From a virus (taxonomy: Duplodnaviria > Heunggongvirae > Uroviricota > Caudoviricetes), in IMG/VR virus record IMGVR_UViG_2585427757_000006: a stretch of DNA of 64,000 bases; one strand, given 5' to 3'. The notes under the pieces are model-generated. The model ran no database searches. It saw only the letters and a list, made by a program, of their open reading frames with translations, and had not been told where the DNA came from. Below are positions 46,661 to 56,889 of this stretch, piece after piece. Position 1 is the first letter of the stretch. The number at the start of each line of letters is the position of its first letter. The translations under genes were made by a program, and so were the position numbers.

Positions 46661-47830
46661 TCACGTCTTAATAGTTTCTGCTACGTCGGCTAATATCGCT
46701 TCTAGTCGTTCTCCCTCTTCAGGTCTGAAGTAAAGAATGTTGGGGTTAAACCCGTAAAAGACAGTAACGTCAAGGTCTGGAAGATACTCCTTCCTGCCGA
46801 CCAAATCGGATGGCTTGTTTTTGTTGTTAAACAATGAAGTTGCCCGGCTGCCACACGTCAGCACATAGGTCGGACGCACCAGATTGATCTCTTCACGCAT
46901 AAAGTCGGTGAACTGGCCGATCTCGTCTTTGGTGTAGTCTTTTTCTTTGTCTTTAACCTTCTTGCAAACACCTGTGACATAGAGATCGCCCATGCGTAAA
47001 TCTCCAGCCGTCAATAGCTTGGCCTTAAAGTCGTCGTATCCGTTCTCCATAAAGTAACCGGTTCGAGCATCATTGCCGTTCGCATTGTCCAGAATGATCA
47101 TGATTTTCGGCTTAATACCAATGCTGGGGCGGATTAGTTCATCACCTAAGCCCATTTCAGCCGCCATCCGCGTCATGAGTACGTTAATTTCAGCCGAACG
47201 TTTGGGGTTCATCTCAAACGGACGTGAGGCTTTAACTGCGTCTATGACAAGGTTTCCCATCAATTCAGCCTGGTCGCGTAGGCGCTCTGGATCAGTTGCT
47301 GGCAGACTGCCTGGCTCGATGGATGCAAACGCCCCTACTTTTTGCAGCGATTCGCGCACTCGACTATTACAGGCACGTTTCTCGACAGCTTCTTCGAATT
47401 GCGCCAGTGACTCGAATTTGCCGCCAACTTTTTCTCGCGCTCTCATGATGGCTTGGCAGCCATTCTCAGAACACCCCTTCACAGCAGAGAAGGGCGCATA
47501 CAGCACCTGGCTGCCATCTTCAAGCGTGCGGATCTCGATTCGGTTAGATGACACGTTAACGTCTGGTGGCAATACGCGAATGCCATAGGTCAGCGCATCT
47601 TTAACCAGCCCCTGGTGTTTATCTTCGCCAAGAATAGTGAGAGCAGCAGCGAAAAACTCTGCGGGATAATGAGTTTTCAACCACATAGATTGATAACTGA
47701 TTAAGGAGTAAGCAACAGAGTGTGATTTGTTGAAGGCATACGCGCCGGATTTCTCAAACATATTCCAGATTTCTTCGGCTCGTTCGTGCGTCAGGCCATT
47801 GCTCTCTTCGACAACACCGGTAATTTTCAT
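46661..47830 (-). CDS. dnaE: DNA polymerase III alpha (DnaE-like) C-terminal fragment
   Basis: AYAFNKSHSVAYSLISYQSMWLKTHYPAEFFAAAL matches the DnaE finger region; own start codon overlapping the HNH gene stop. Confidence 0.75.
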   Translation of the reverse strand: MKITGVVEESNGLTHERAEEIWNMFEKSGAYAFNKSHSVAYSLISYQSMWLKTHYPAEFFAAALTILGEDKHQGLVKDALTYGIRVLPPDVNVSSNRIEIRTLEDGSQVLYAPFSAVKGCSENGCQAIMRAREKVGGKFESLAQFEEAVEKRACNSRVRESLQKVGAFASIEPGSLPATDPERLRDQAELMGNLVIDAVKASRPFEMNPKRSAEINVLMTRMAAEMGLGDELIRPSIGIKPKIMIILDNANGNDARTGYFMENGYDDFKAKLLTAGDLRMGDLYVTGVCKKVKDKEKDYTKDEIGQFTDFMREEINLVRPTYVLTCGSRATSLFNNKNKPSDLVGRKEYLPDLDVTVFYGFNPNILYFRPEEGERLEAILADVAETIKT

Positions 47831-48561
47831 GCAGTCACCTCATCAATCTTCACGAACTCATCCCCATTGGAGGCCAGCCAGTTCCGTTGGCGCTCCCAGC
47901 TCCATATCTCTTCACGCATTTCACTATGCAGGCGAATGTGGGCGTCTTCTGGAAGTGCTACAAGATTCCCAGGGGCGTTATCTATCGTATCGCGGTTAAT
48001 ATGGTGGACATGTTCATCGTCACGTAGCTCCCGACCGAGACGTTCTTTCGCTATCAATCGATGAACGTATTCGTATTGCGAAACGCCATTGTTACCAACC
48101 AGCTGCATCATGTAGCCGTTGGTTTTTACGATGATGCCACCTTTGTAGTTGTTCGCTTCTTCTCCGATCTTTCCGCGTTTGGCAGCCGCCAGCTTTTCCT
48201 TCGTCTCCGCGCGGATTGTTCTGCCGGTTAGCTTTTTCGAAACGGTGGCCACTCGCTCATCGATATCAGCACGCAGACCGGCATTCCACGAGGTTTTCCC
48301 ATACATAGGGTTGCCAGTGCCAGTCCGGGCTTCGGAGAGACGCTTCATACGTTCGTCATTATTTTTGTTTTTGCCACGATTCCAGGCTGGGGTAGCGGAG
48401 ATCCGCGCGCTTCCGCGCCTGATCCCCCATTTGGCTAATAAGCGGTCAATATTTGCCTTGCTGCAACCAGCTTCGGCGGCAATGTCTTCTTTTCTCATCA
48501 GGTCAACCATGTAACGCTGACGTAACCATTCTTCTGTGATTTTGTACTTCGTACTCGGCAT
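47827..48561 (-). CDS. HNH homing endonuclease with NUMOD-like repeats
   Basis: EHVHHINRDTIDNAPGNLVALPEDAHIRLH HNH motif; NPMYGKTSWNAG repeats; own promoter-proximal motif. Confidence 0.8.
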   Translation of the reverse strand: MPSTKYKITEEWLRQRYMVDLMRKEDIAAEAGCSKANIDRLLAKWGIRRGSARISATPAWNRGKNKNNDERMKRLSEARTGTGNPMYGKTSWNAGLRADIDERVATVSKKLTGRTIRAETKEKLAAAKRGKIGEEANNYKGGIIVKTNGYMMQLVGNNGVSQYEYVHRLIAKERLGRELRDDEHVHHINRDTIDNAPGNLVALPEDAHIRLHSEMREEIWSWERQRNWLASNGDEFVKIDEVTA

Positions 48562-48609
48562 TTCTAAGACTCACTAAACAAATTGTTTTCTTATCTTATA
48601 AATTAATTC

Positions 48610-50973
48610 TCAAATATCGAAGCTCGTTATGTCGGCATTTATTGCCATTGCTTCGGCATAAGTGCGACGCTCACCATCAGCACAAAGTAGGCGTGCTGCT
48701 TTATGGATTTTTCTCGTAGAACCATCATCCAGTGACACTGTCACCCAGCCTTCCTCCGCTCGCTTAATGAAGTCGCCGCCAATGGATTTCATTTTCTCCA
48801 TATCTTTTTTCCCGATCGCTTTCCTGACCGAGTCTGCTTCCGCCATTGAGAACCCCGCCAAGATTCGCGTAGCAGCCATGATCTGTTCCTGATAAATCAG
48901 AACTCCGTTTGTGTCGCGAGAGATGTCGTCCAGCATTGGGTGTAAGGAATGTGGGGCCATGAAGCCTTTGGCCACGGACACATAATCGTCCAACATGCCG
49001 GATTGAATCGGGCCAGGTCGGAAGAGCGCAGTTGTAGCGACGACCGTTTTAAAGCTCATTGGCTCAATTCCACCACCTAAATCTTTAAGCAGCTTGCGCA
49101 TTGGGCCTGATTCAAGCTGGAATACGCCCTGTGTATACCCTGCAGCAAAACCATCCAGCACCTTGCGATCTTCAAGAGAAATGGCATCAAGATTGATATC
49201 TTCACCTGTGTTCTCTTTTATGTAGCGTTTTGCACTATCGAGCAAATCGAGAGTTGCCAGGCCAAGCACGTCCAGCTTAATTAGGCCCATAGCCTCGCAG
49301 TAACGCTTGTCAAATGCGATACAACGCGCGTCACCACGGCGTTCAACCGGTGTACGTTCTGTCAGAGGAACACCTGCTACGATCATCCCTGCCGCATGTC
49401 TACCAAAGCCACGCATAAGGCTTTGTAACTTGCAGGCTGCATTGAATGCATCAGGATATTTTGTTGCGTATTTGTCGAGACTTGCCAGTTGTTCGCGCAG
49501 CTCTTCCAATGGAAGGCTATCATCCTCGACGTTCTTCAGTTCTTTTGATACCGCCATATCTGCGGACTCCACACCATAAATACGAGCGGTGTCACGTAGT
49601 GCAGAGGCTGCGCCCAGGTAGGTGAAGTTCGGAATGCCTGCAACGTAATCTTCGCCGTAGCGTTCATTCAGATACTCGATCACCTCATGGCGACGTGCCT
49701 GGCTGAAGTCCAAGTCCGCATCCGGCAAGTCGAGACGCTCAGGGTTGATGAAACGCTCAAACAGAAGACCGTGACGGATTGGGTCGACGTTGGTTATGCC
49801 TATGCACCACGCCACCAGAGAACCGGCAGAGGAACCACGACCAGGCCCAACGGGAATGCCAGTTTCACGACTATGATTCATCAGATCGCGCACCATCAGG
49901 AAGTAACCACAGAATCCCAGGCGAGTCAGCGTGTCCATTTCGTACTTTAGCCGCTCAACATAAACCCTGTTCTCAGAAGCAGGTGGTGTGTATCCAAACT
50001 CTTTTGTGGTAAGACGTTTACGCAGCCCTGCAACAGCCAGTTTCATCAGCGTTGCAGGTTCGTCGTCTGCCATCTTGGGCAGTGCTGGTGGCAATTCATG
50101 CCAGCGCCATGTGCAGGCATCGATAATGGAGTCCTGCGTTGTTGAGGCCATTGCAGCTGTTACCGGCACATCCATGCGAACGGAGAAGGCTTTAAGCGCC
50201 TCAAGGAGATGGCGACGACCATTGATGGCGTTATCTCGCTGGTGGGGGATACGCAGACGATGCGGCTGGTCGATTTTTATGTTGTTCGTAACCATGTGCG
50301 CAATGTCTTTAATGTCTGCATCGTCGATCGATTCGTAATAAGCGGGATAGAACGCCACTGGCTCTATTTTCAATGCGCTGGCGACTTTCATCGCCCGGAC
50401 GTTAATCTGGTCGTAGAATGGGGTAGGGTGCGGATAAACCACACTATAGAAGTTGTCTTTTCCACCCGCTGTAATCAGTGTGCTTATGATTTTTGCAAAA
50501 TCGTTGCGTTGGAACACGCTACCGATGTCGGAAGTAAGCAGGATGATGTTGCCTTTGGCATATGTAGAAACCAACTGTTCGAGCGAGAGACGCGGCACAA
50601 AGTAGAACTGTTCTCGTGTGTTGGCCACCGTCATTAGTTCGCAGATGTCGCGATATCCTTGCTCATTTTTAATTAGAGCGGTAAACGAGTAGTTACGTCC
50701 CCGCTCTAATGATTCCATACATCTCATAGATTCTTTAGCAAGTTTAGCCCGGTGCTCGTATGTGGGATCATCAACAATGTTTAGTTTCACACCACAAATA
50801 ACCGCCATGTCGTCACCAGCGGCACGTTGTAGTGGAATAACGCTCGCAATATTCATGCTATCTGCTGAAATTACAGCGGTGTAGCCAGCTTCTCTGGCAA
50901 TCTTCACCGCGTTTTCAGCTTTTAGAGCCGACTCCCCAAGTGAGAAGTCAGTTCGAACCATCAGTGCCTTCAT
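48610..50973 (-). CDS. dnaE: DNA polymerase III alpha (DnaE-like) N-terminal fragment (PHP and polymerase core)
   Basis: GIPVGPGRGSSAGSLVAWCIGIT, DADLDF, KLDVLGLATLD, ALFRPGP; homology ends 44 codons before the stop. Confidence 0.8.
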   Translation of the reverse strand: MKALMVRTDFSLGESALKAENAVKIAREAGYTAVISADSMNIASVIPLQRAAGDDMAVICGVKLNIVDDPTYEHRAKLAKESMRCMESLERGRNYSFTALIKNEQGYRDICELMTVANTREQFYFVPRLSLEQLVSTYAKGNIILLTSDIGSVFQRNDFAKIISTLITAGGKDNFYSVVYPHPTPFYDQINVRAMKVASALKIEPVAFYPAYYESIDDADIKDIAHMVTNNIKIDQPHRLRIPHQRDNAINGRRHLLEALKAFSVRMDVPVTAAMASTTQDSIIDACTWRWHELPPALPKMADDEPATLMKLAVAGLRKRLTTKEFGYTPPASENRVYVERLKYEMDTLTRLGFCGYFLMVRDLMNHSRETGIPVGPGRGSSAGSLVAWCIGITNVDPIRHGLLFERFINPERLDLPDADLDFSQARRHEVIEYLNERYGEDYVAGIPNFTYLGAASALRDTARIYGVESADMAVSKELKNVEDDSLPLEELREQLASLDKYATKYPDAFNAACKLQSLMRGFGRHAAGMIVAGVPLTERTPVERRGDARCIAFDKRYCEAMGLIKLDVLGLATLDLLDSAKRYIKENTGEDINLDAISLEDRKVLDGFAAGYTQGVFQLESGPMRKLLKDLGGGIEPMSFKTVVATTALFRPGPIQSGMLDDYVSVAKGFMAPHSLHPMLDDISRDTNGVLIYQEQIMAATRILAGFSMAEADSVRKAIGKKDMEKMKSIGGDFIKRAEEGWVTVSLDDGSTRKIHKAARLLCADGERRTYAEAMAINADITSFDI

Positions 50974-51151
50974 GTGTTTTTACCTTTCTGGTTTTTTTGA
51001 TTTTGTCATTGGGGAAGCCTACGAACTTCCCATGCATCGAAATCGCAACTTCTTTTGCTGATTGGTGACAATCGGGCTTGTCTGGACACACCAGACAAGC
51101 CTTACCAGTTTCAGAAGCAGCGATAAGAGAGCCGAAACATCCTTTACGCAC
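50948..51151 (-). CDS. small cysteine-containing protein
   Basis: 67-aa ORF with CLVCPDKPDC. Confidence 0.3.
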   Translation of the reverse strand: MRKGCFGSLIAASETGKACLVCPDKPDCHQSAKEVAISMHGKFVGFPNDKIKKTRKVKTHEGTDGSN

Positions 51152-51153
51152 GA

Positions 51154-52389
51154 TTAACCAAATATTTTTTGAACAACTTCACGAGCCGCTTGTGCAGAAG
51201 CTGAAGGGAGTTTGTTAATGAAAGAACGCTCAATACCTGTCACAAAGTCGCCTCGCATCATTCCAATCTTGGCCGACAACAAAAGTTCACGAGGGCCAAT
51301 TGGCTGACTAATAAGGTGTTCTTCGTATCCATCGCGAACGATACCGGCAAACTTAACCATCTTTTCAGCGTATTCATCCACGATGCCTGCATTTGTCAAC
51401 ATGTTGATCTCTGCGTCTTTGCTCATGTATTTCACATTCGAAACGATGCCAAAACGCGAAAAGTTCGCGGCGTTCTGGATGTTTGTACCCTGGTACAAGC
51501 CGGTTTCATCACCAGATCCGTTCGTGTTGCCAGTGCCAATGAAAGCAAACCGTTCATGCGGAGTAATGCGACGCCATTCTGGAGTTGCCTCTTTGATGAC
51601 CAACGCTTCACCTTCCAGCACTGGCTGATACACGCCAAGAATTTGTGGAAACGCAAAGTCGTATTCATCCGCGAGGTAAACCCAGCCATGCTTCATTGCG
51701 AGCGCAAGCAAGCCAGGTTCGAAATACGTAGAGCCATCACGCGCCAGAATTTGCCCCGTAACATGTGCCTCTTCCATTGATGCTGTATGTTGGGCACGGA
51801 TCAACGGACGATTGAGCAAAGCACATAGCTGTGTAGGCAATGACGATTTGCCTGTTCCTGCATGACCCCACAAATAGCCAGGTATGCCAAGTTCAAGCAT
51901 CATGAAAATATCTTTGATCAGTTCGAAGTCGCCATATACGTAGCCTTTCTTCACTTCGGGAACGAACTCTGGATACGGCGTATTGACGTTGACGCTAACC
52001 ATGAGCGGCGTCCCACGTTTTGTTCCGAGTTCTTCCACCGTTACGTTTAGCAGTTCGTGAGCTGCGACCAGATCTGTCTTGTACTCAACTGTGCCTGTGT
52101 AGCCAGGGCTACTGGTCAAGCCAGAAGATTTGGCCATTTCGCTTTTTTGCTCGGCACGTTTAGCTTGAATTGCATCAAGTGCCTTTTTCGATAGCGTTGG
52201 TTCATCTGGAAACTGCGTTGTGTACATTTTCAGTACGGTGTCAGGATCGGCATCTTTTACTGACTCAGGAATGCCCTCGCAATTACCATTGGCTACATGG
52301 GACTTAAAATAGTGAAATGATTTGCCGCACCACTTGCAAACAAGGTAATCAGAAGGATTTTTTTCATTTTGCAGTGCAGTAGTCGTCAT
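51154..52389 (-). CDS. AAA+ ATPase, CobS/MoxR-like, with N-terminal zinc-finger-like motif
   Basis: CKWCGKSFHY, Walker A LWGHAGTGKSS, Walker B YLADEYD. Confidence 0.65.
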   Translation of the reverse strand: MTTTALQNEKNPSDYLVCKWCGKSFHYFKSHVANGNCEGIPESVKDADPDTVLKMYTTQFPDEPTLSKKALDAIQAKRAEQKSEMAKSSGLTSSPGYTGTVEYKTDLVAAHELLNVTVEELGTKRGTPLMVSVNVNTPYPEFVPEVKKGYVYGDFELIKDIFMMLELGIPGYLWGHAGTGKSSLPTQLCALLNRPLIRAQHTASMEEAHVTGQILARDGSTYFEPGLLALAMKHGWVYLADEYDFAFPQILGVYQPVLEGEALVIKEATPEWRRITPHERFAFIGTGNTNGSGDETGLYQGTNIQNAANFSRFGIVSNVKYMSKDAEINMLTNAGIVDEYAEKMVKFAGIVRDGYEEHLISQPIGPRELLLSAKIGMMRGDFVTGIERSFINKLPSASAQAAREVVQKIFG

Positions 52390-52484
52390 GCGTTTTTCCT
52401 TTGTTCTCTAATGAGCGTTCAACTTCTTATATAAATATATCATCATCTATCGTAAGTAGTTACTTATCGTTAAGGCTGTTTTGT

Positions 52485-54593
52485 TCACTTTAAAATGATA
52501 CGAGATAGTTCAGTAACTACAGATGAACCAAGACTATCAACGCTCGTTACCAGGGCATGATTTGAGTAAAATCTCTCCGGTGCGTCAGTCATGATGCCAA
52601 TTGCCATCAAATCAATATCAGTCTGCGTTTCAATTTGCTTCGCAACTGAACGCAAATGAGCGTCAAAACCTCTCCCAACAGCCCACGGCGCGCCATCACT
52701 CAGAACAAGCATGATCTTCCTGTCCTCCATGCGACCGGAAAATAACGATGCAAGGCTGGCTATGCTTTCACCATCCACGTTATTAAGAAGTGGGAATGTG
52801 TAGCCTACGCACCCCATACGTGAGCGAACTTCGCGAGAATTTACCTTTTCATTCCAATTTTTGATGATAGGTAGCATTAAAGATTCAAAGCGAGAGAACT
52901 CATACTTGACAGCCTTAAGTTCTCCTGCCGCCATATGACTACCAAATGTAGTGAAGCCGGTGATAATGTTGGGAACATTTATTCGATCAAGGGCATCGGC
53001 GATGGTATATGCACTTGCAAGAGCCAGTTTAATCGTTATACCACTCATTGAACCTGATAAATCAATCACTTGTTGAACACAGGCGTTAACGGCTTTAGAT
53101 TCTTCTTTTTTACGAAACACGCGAGCATCATTCATTGCTAATCTGTAGATACTAGAACCATGAATGCGCCCCCGACGCTGGCCCGGTATAAACTGAACTC
53201 TGTTTCTGCTTGCTATTGCTCGCTCCAGGTCTTTTGCCAGCGTCGACGAAACACCTGACGAAAGATGCTTTTCAATATATTTGTCGAAGAGCTGGTTGCC
53301 TTCAGGAACGATGCGATAGCGGCTGATTGGATATCCTCCCAAATCAATATCGGAGAATGTTTTAATAAGCCGTTTGATATGGGCTTCTGCCTGATCAATG
53401 GAGCCGATGAAGTCGTATGAGCGATTGTATGGCCTGTATTCGCTTTTCGAGCTTTCTGTTAACTCGCTTTTAATCGTTTCGGATAGCGCATCTTCTGTCA
53501 TGCCTCCGACTTCATCTTCCATGCTATCCAACTCCTCTAAAGCCTCTTCCAGACTCATTTTTGACGGAGTTGGGATATCTGAAGAGCCGTCTTCTGTCGT
53601 TTTTCTTTTTTCGTGGTCAGCGGTTAATGATTCTGACGCCGCGTTATCAGAAGCATCAGAATCTGATACCTCTTTATCATTTTCTGTATCATCGAATATT
53701 GTTTCTGATGATTCAGAATTATCTGAATCATCACTGTCGTTATTATCATGTTTGTGCTTACTATGTGATTCTGATTTGATAGATTTGTGGTTATCTAACA
53801 CTGAGGGTGTCTCATGATCTTCGTTGTCTTCACTGTTTTCTCCAGAGGCATCCGTCTGGTCAGCGTCTGAAGGATCGGAAGTTTTTCCCGGAGCTGACTC
53901 CTTACCTTTGCTTTCACTTTCAGTGTCTTTGAGGATCTTAGCTATGGTCGCAGCCACCTTTACACAATCCTCGGTGCAAGACATGTTACGCACGGCCACA
54001 TCGATACCATGTTCTTTTAATAATGAAATTGGTTTCTCAATGACAGGCCAATATTCATCCATGAAATCTACGAACGGTGCTTGGCCATCCCAGGCTCTTA
54101 CAACCGGACAGAGAAAGAAGTTTAGAAAAAGCGCGCGCTGATCTTTGCCACAATAAGCAATAGCCTCTGAAGCCTTTGGTTTAAAGACTTTTTCGATTAT
54201 AAGGCGCTGAGTTGCCATCAGATTACGTCTTGTTCCGTTAAAGACCTGACCCATTTTTCGCTCGATGAACACGTCTTCTAAGGCATTCCATAGCGACCAG
54301 GAAGGAACGCGTCCTTTTTCTCTCATTTTGTTGGACACACGAATATCGGTAAACAAAATGTGAGCAACCTCATGATCGAGAAATCCGCGCACAGCATTCA
54401 TCAATGCCGGTGTTGCGTTATCCGGGATTGATGGGATGTTTACGAGAATTGGCTCTCCATCATCGTTATAGCGTACATAAGCGTCGTCCCCTCGTTCTGC
54501 AACAGGGATGTTTTTACCTGAAAGGAGAGCGACTACTCGTTTTACACTGTCACGGAAGTCCTGAACCTCTTTGATGGAACGTTTTTTAGACAT
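52485..54593 (-). CDS. von Willebrand factor A domain protein (CobT-like partner of the AAA+ ATPase)
   Basis: MIDAS motif VIDLSGSMSG; long acidic Ser/Asp-rich low-complexity linker. Confidence 0.65.
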   Translation of the reverse strand: MSKKRSIKEVQDFRDSVKRVVALLSGKNIPVAERGDDAYVRYNDDGEPILVNIPSIPDNATPALMNAVRGFLDHEVAHILFTDIRVSNKMREKGRVPSWSLWNALEDVFIERKMGQVFNGTRRNLMATQRLIIEKVFKPKASEAIAYCGKDQRALFLNFFLCPVVRAWDGQAPFVDFMDEYWPVIEKPISLLKEHGIDVAVRNMSCTEDCVKVAATIAKILKDTESESKGKESAPGKTSDPSDADQTDASGENSEDNEDHETPSVLDNHKSIKSESHSKHKHDNNDSDDSDNSESSETIFDDTENDKEVSDSDASDNAASESLTADHEKRKTTEDGSSDIPTPSKMSLEEALEELDSMEDEVGGMTEDALSETIKSELTESSKSEYRPYNRSYDFIGSIDQAEAHIKRLIKTFSDIDLGGYPISRYRIVPEGNQLFDKYIEKHLSSGVSSTLAKDLERAIASRNRVQFIPGQRRGRIHGSSIYRLAMNDARVFRKKEESKAVNACVQQVIDLSGSMSGITIKLALASAYTIADALDRINVPNIITGFTTFGSHMAAGELKAVKYEFSRFESLMLPIIKNWNEKVNSREVRSRMGCVGYTFPLLNNVDGESIASLASLFSGRMEDRKIMLVLSDGAPWAVGRGFDAHLRSVAKQIETQTDIDLMAIGIMTDAPERFYSNHALVTSVDSLGSSVVTELSRIILK

Positions 54594-54691
54594 GGCTAAT
54601 CCTTTGTTATGAAAACAAATTATTTACTAGTGTGTTTAATGTAGCACTGCGCGAACAGGGAACTAAGCCATTCGCGCAGGGAGAAGAGGGG

Positions 54692-54904
54692 TTAACAGAT
54701 TCTGACGGCTAAAGACCCGGAGCCGATATTGAGAAGCGTGAAGCGTTTGTTGTTAAGTTCGAATATAAAGCCAGTTGTGTCATTCACACCAACCTGAATC
54801 TGCTCATTCGGTAGATCGGTGAGGATGTCAGCTACACACTCATCAGCTAATTTCTGTACGTGTCCGATCTCAAGAGCGATTAGGCTGGAAATAGTGGTGT
54901 TCAT
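54692..54904 (-). CDS. hypothetical protein
   Basis: 70-aa ORF. Confidence 0.3.
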   Translation of the reverse strand: MNTTISSLIALEIGHVQKLADECVADILTDLPNEQIQVGVNDTTGFIFELNNKRFTLLNIGSGSLAVRIC

Positions 54905-55154
54905 TCAATCAATCCATTCTAACTTATACTATGGTAAGGAATACTACTAAAATTTATATCAATACTGAATACATTCATATCATATGCAAGTTAATTTTCT
55001 TACCTGTTTTGGGCTAATTTTTCTCCGTGCAATGGCCTTTAACCGGTCTTTTAAGTGTCTATCGAAAAAATGATAATAGCTTTACAACCCTAACCTTTGA
55101 TGTAATATCGGTAAGCACTTACCAGAGAGAATTGAACGCGCAAAGGTTGTAACA

Positions 55155-55541
55155 ATGTCTGACAACAAGATTGAATTTATAGAAAGTCGCTATGCTGCTT
55201 TTATCGCAGGGCTGATTGAATCCTCACCTATGAGTCAGGCCCAAATAGCCAGACTTATTGGTTATAAAAATGCCAACAACCTTTCTTTAATTAAAAGTGG
55301 CAAAATTCCTTTGCCTATCGATAAGGTTCGTCCGTTGGCGCTGGCGCTGGGTATTGAGCCAAGTCGTCTTATGATGATGGTGCTGGAAGAACGCCAACCT
55401 GAACTCGCAGCATTTTTATACAAAGAAGGCACCGCTCCTCTTAACGAGGACGAAAAACAGGTTCTTGCTGCATATAACGAGCGATTCGGTAAAGAGAAAG
55501 GCGCATCACAAAAGGTTGTTGAGGCTATAAAGTCTCTATGA
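55155..55541 (+). CDS. helix-turn-helix transcriptional regulator (XRE-like)
   Basis: MSQAQIARLIGYKNANNLSLIKSGK HTH; one of few plus-strand genes, convergent with the recombinase. Confidence 0.6.
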   Translation: MSDNKIEFIESRYAAFIAGLIESSPMSQAQIARLIGYKNANNLSLIKSGKIPLPIDKVRPLALALGIEPSRLMMMVLEERQPELAAFLYKEGTAPLNEDEKQVLAAYNERFGKEKGASQKVVEAIKSL

Positions 55542-56639
55542 AAAATTTACACGAATAAGCTCTGTTGATAGACGATCTCCCTTAAATTTGTGGTCAATTT
55601 CGTCTAAATCCGGTTGCTCTACGATTGATGCGATGTACGTCGAGAAACTTTCTAAGGCGTCTCGCATCTCGTCCATATAATCGTGCCGGTCGTAGACCCG
55701 ATCTATCCCCTCAAGACTGTGGTTCATGATTTTACGTGATACCTCCTGGCTTATGCCTAATGCTGGGAAGTAACTACGCGCAGTACGGCGCAAATCTCGG
55801 GGTGTAAATGGCTCAAGCTCCATCAGTTCTGGTCGTTCCAGAATACGACGTAATGCCTGGGCTATTGCCACTTTAGACATAGGAAGGTCTTTCCCGATTT
55901 TTTTATTCGAAGGCACGAGCCACTGGCTGTCTTTACCATATTCGAACAACTCTTCAATACAAGTGCGCATTAATGAGCTTAAAGGCAGAGAATGCTCACG
56001 GGCAGATTTGTTCCTCTTGCCTTGATTCCAAACCCCACGCTTAAGATTGAACTCACTTTTTTTAGCCCGCAGTACTTCGTCAGGTCGTCTTGCGGATACA
56101 AGACATAGCCTGGCCGCCCATTTTGTACCAGCACACACATTGAAGTAGTCCCATATATTCCAGAACACCCATACCTCTGCGTCGGTCAGCTTCCGCTCGC
56201 GAGGTGTGGGCTTTGCGCCACCGGCAACTTTGTTTAGTGACATATCGTTTAACGGTGACACGTCTATCATCCCCTGGAAGGCGCACCAGCTAAGGAACTG
56301 CTTCATCAGAGAGAAAACGCGGCGGCCCATAACAATTTTGCCATCCAGTATTAGTGGGTTGACCAGTTGGTTCACCATGAACCTATTAATGTCACTTACT
56401 TTTACATCGGCAATGTGCGGCAAAACATGTATCAAAATACAATGAACAGCGATCTCTGGCCGACGTCTGGTTATCAGCAGAGATAAGCGAGTGAATAACA
56501 TGAATGCGTCCGAGAATCTCATGTCATTGCTGACCTGGGAGATCATAACGGCCTGCATTTGAGATGCTCTTTCGAGATACTCTATCGCCTCTTTTGAGGT
56601 GTTCTCCGCAGCGCGTGCTCTGTCAAAGCTATTTTTCAT
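55536..56639 (-). CDS. tyrosine site-specific recombinase
   Basis: C-terminal R...H-x-x-R...Y pattern: LRRTARSYF, HSLEGIDRVYDRHDY. Confidence 0.75.
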   Translation of the reverse strand: MKNSFDRARAAENTSKEAIEYLERASQMQAVMISQVSNDMRFSDAFMLFTRLSLLITRRRPEIAVHCILIHVLPHIADVKVSDINRFMVNQLVNPLILDGKIVMGRRVFSLMKQFLSWCAFQGMIDVSPLNDMSLNKVAGGAKPTPRERKLTDAEVWVFWNIWDYFNVCAGTKWAARLCLVSARRPDEVLRAKKSEFNLKRGVWNQGKRNKSAREHSLPLSSLMRTCIEELFEYGKDSQWLVPSNKKIGKDLPMSKVAIAQALRRILERPELMELEPFTPRDLRRTARSYFPALGISQEVSRKIMNHSLEGIDRVYDRHDYMDEMRDALESFSTYIASIVEQPDLDEIDHKFKGDRLSTELIRVNFS

Positions 56640-56737
56640 ATGACAATCACCGAGTTACGCCGATTCACTGTATAAGTAAACAGTATATTAGGCATAGATT
56701 CTTATAGGATCAAGAGTAAAAGTAACTCATTTTCAGT

Positions 56738-56770
56738 AATGATTCCATACATAGTAGGTATGGAATCATT
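56738..56770. other. lox/dif-like recombination site candidate: perfect 13-bp inverted repeats around a 7-bp spacer
   Basis: aatgattccatac-atagtag-gtatggaatcatt, 100 bp upstream of the tyrosine recombinase start. Confidence 0.5.
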
Positions 56771-56889
56771 GTGGGCCTTTTTTATAAAATCTGTGATTCT
56801 TCTCAGGATAAATTATCTAAACTAAAAATTGTGTTTTGTGTTGGCATCTGCTTGAATAGACGCATGTTTATTCAGATATGGAATAATCA

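Noticed and set aside
46661-50973. Intein interpretation of the dnaE interruption
   Set aside because: The HNH ORF has its own start and is separated from the N-fragment by a stop and about 48 bp, and no Cys/Ser/Thr nucleophile or terminal HN block is evident at the junctions. A weak LDDGS...H resemblance to an intein block in the N-fragment tail is insufficient.
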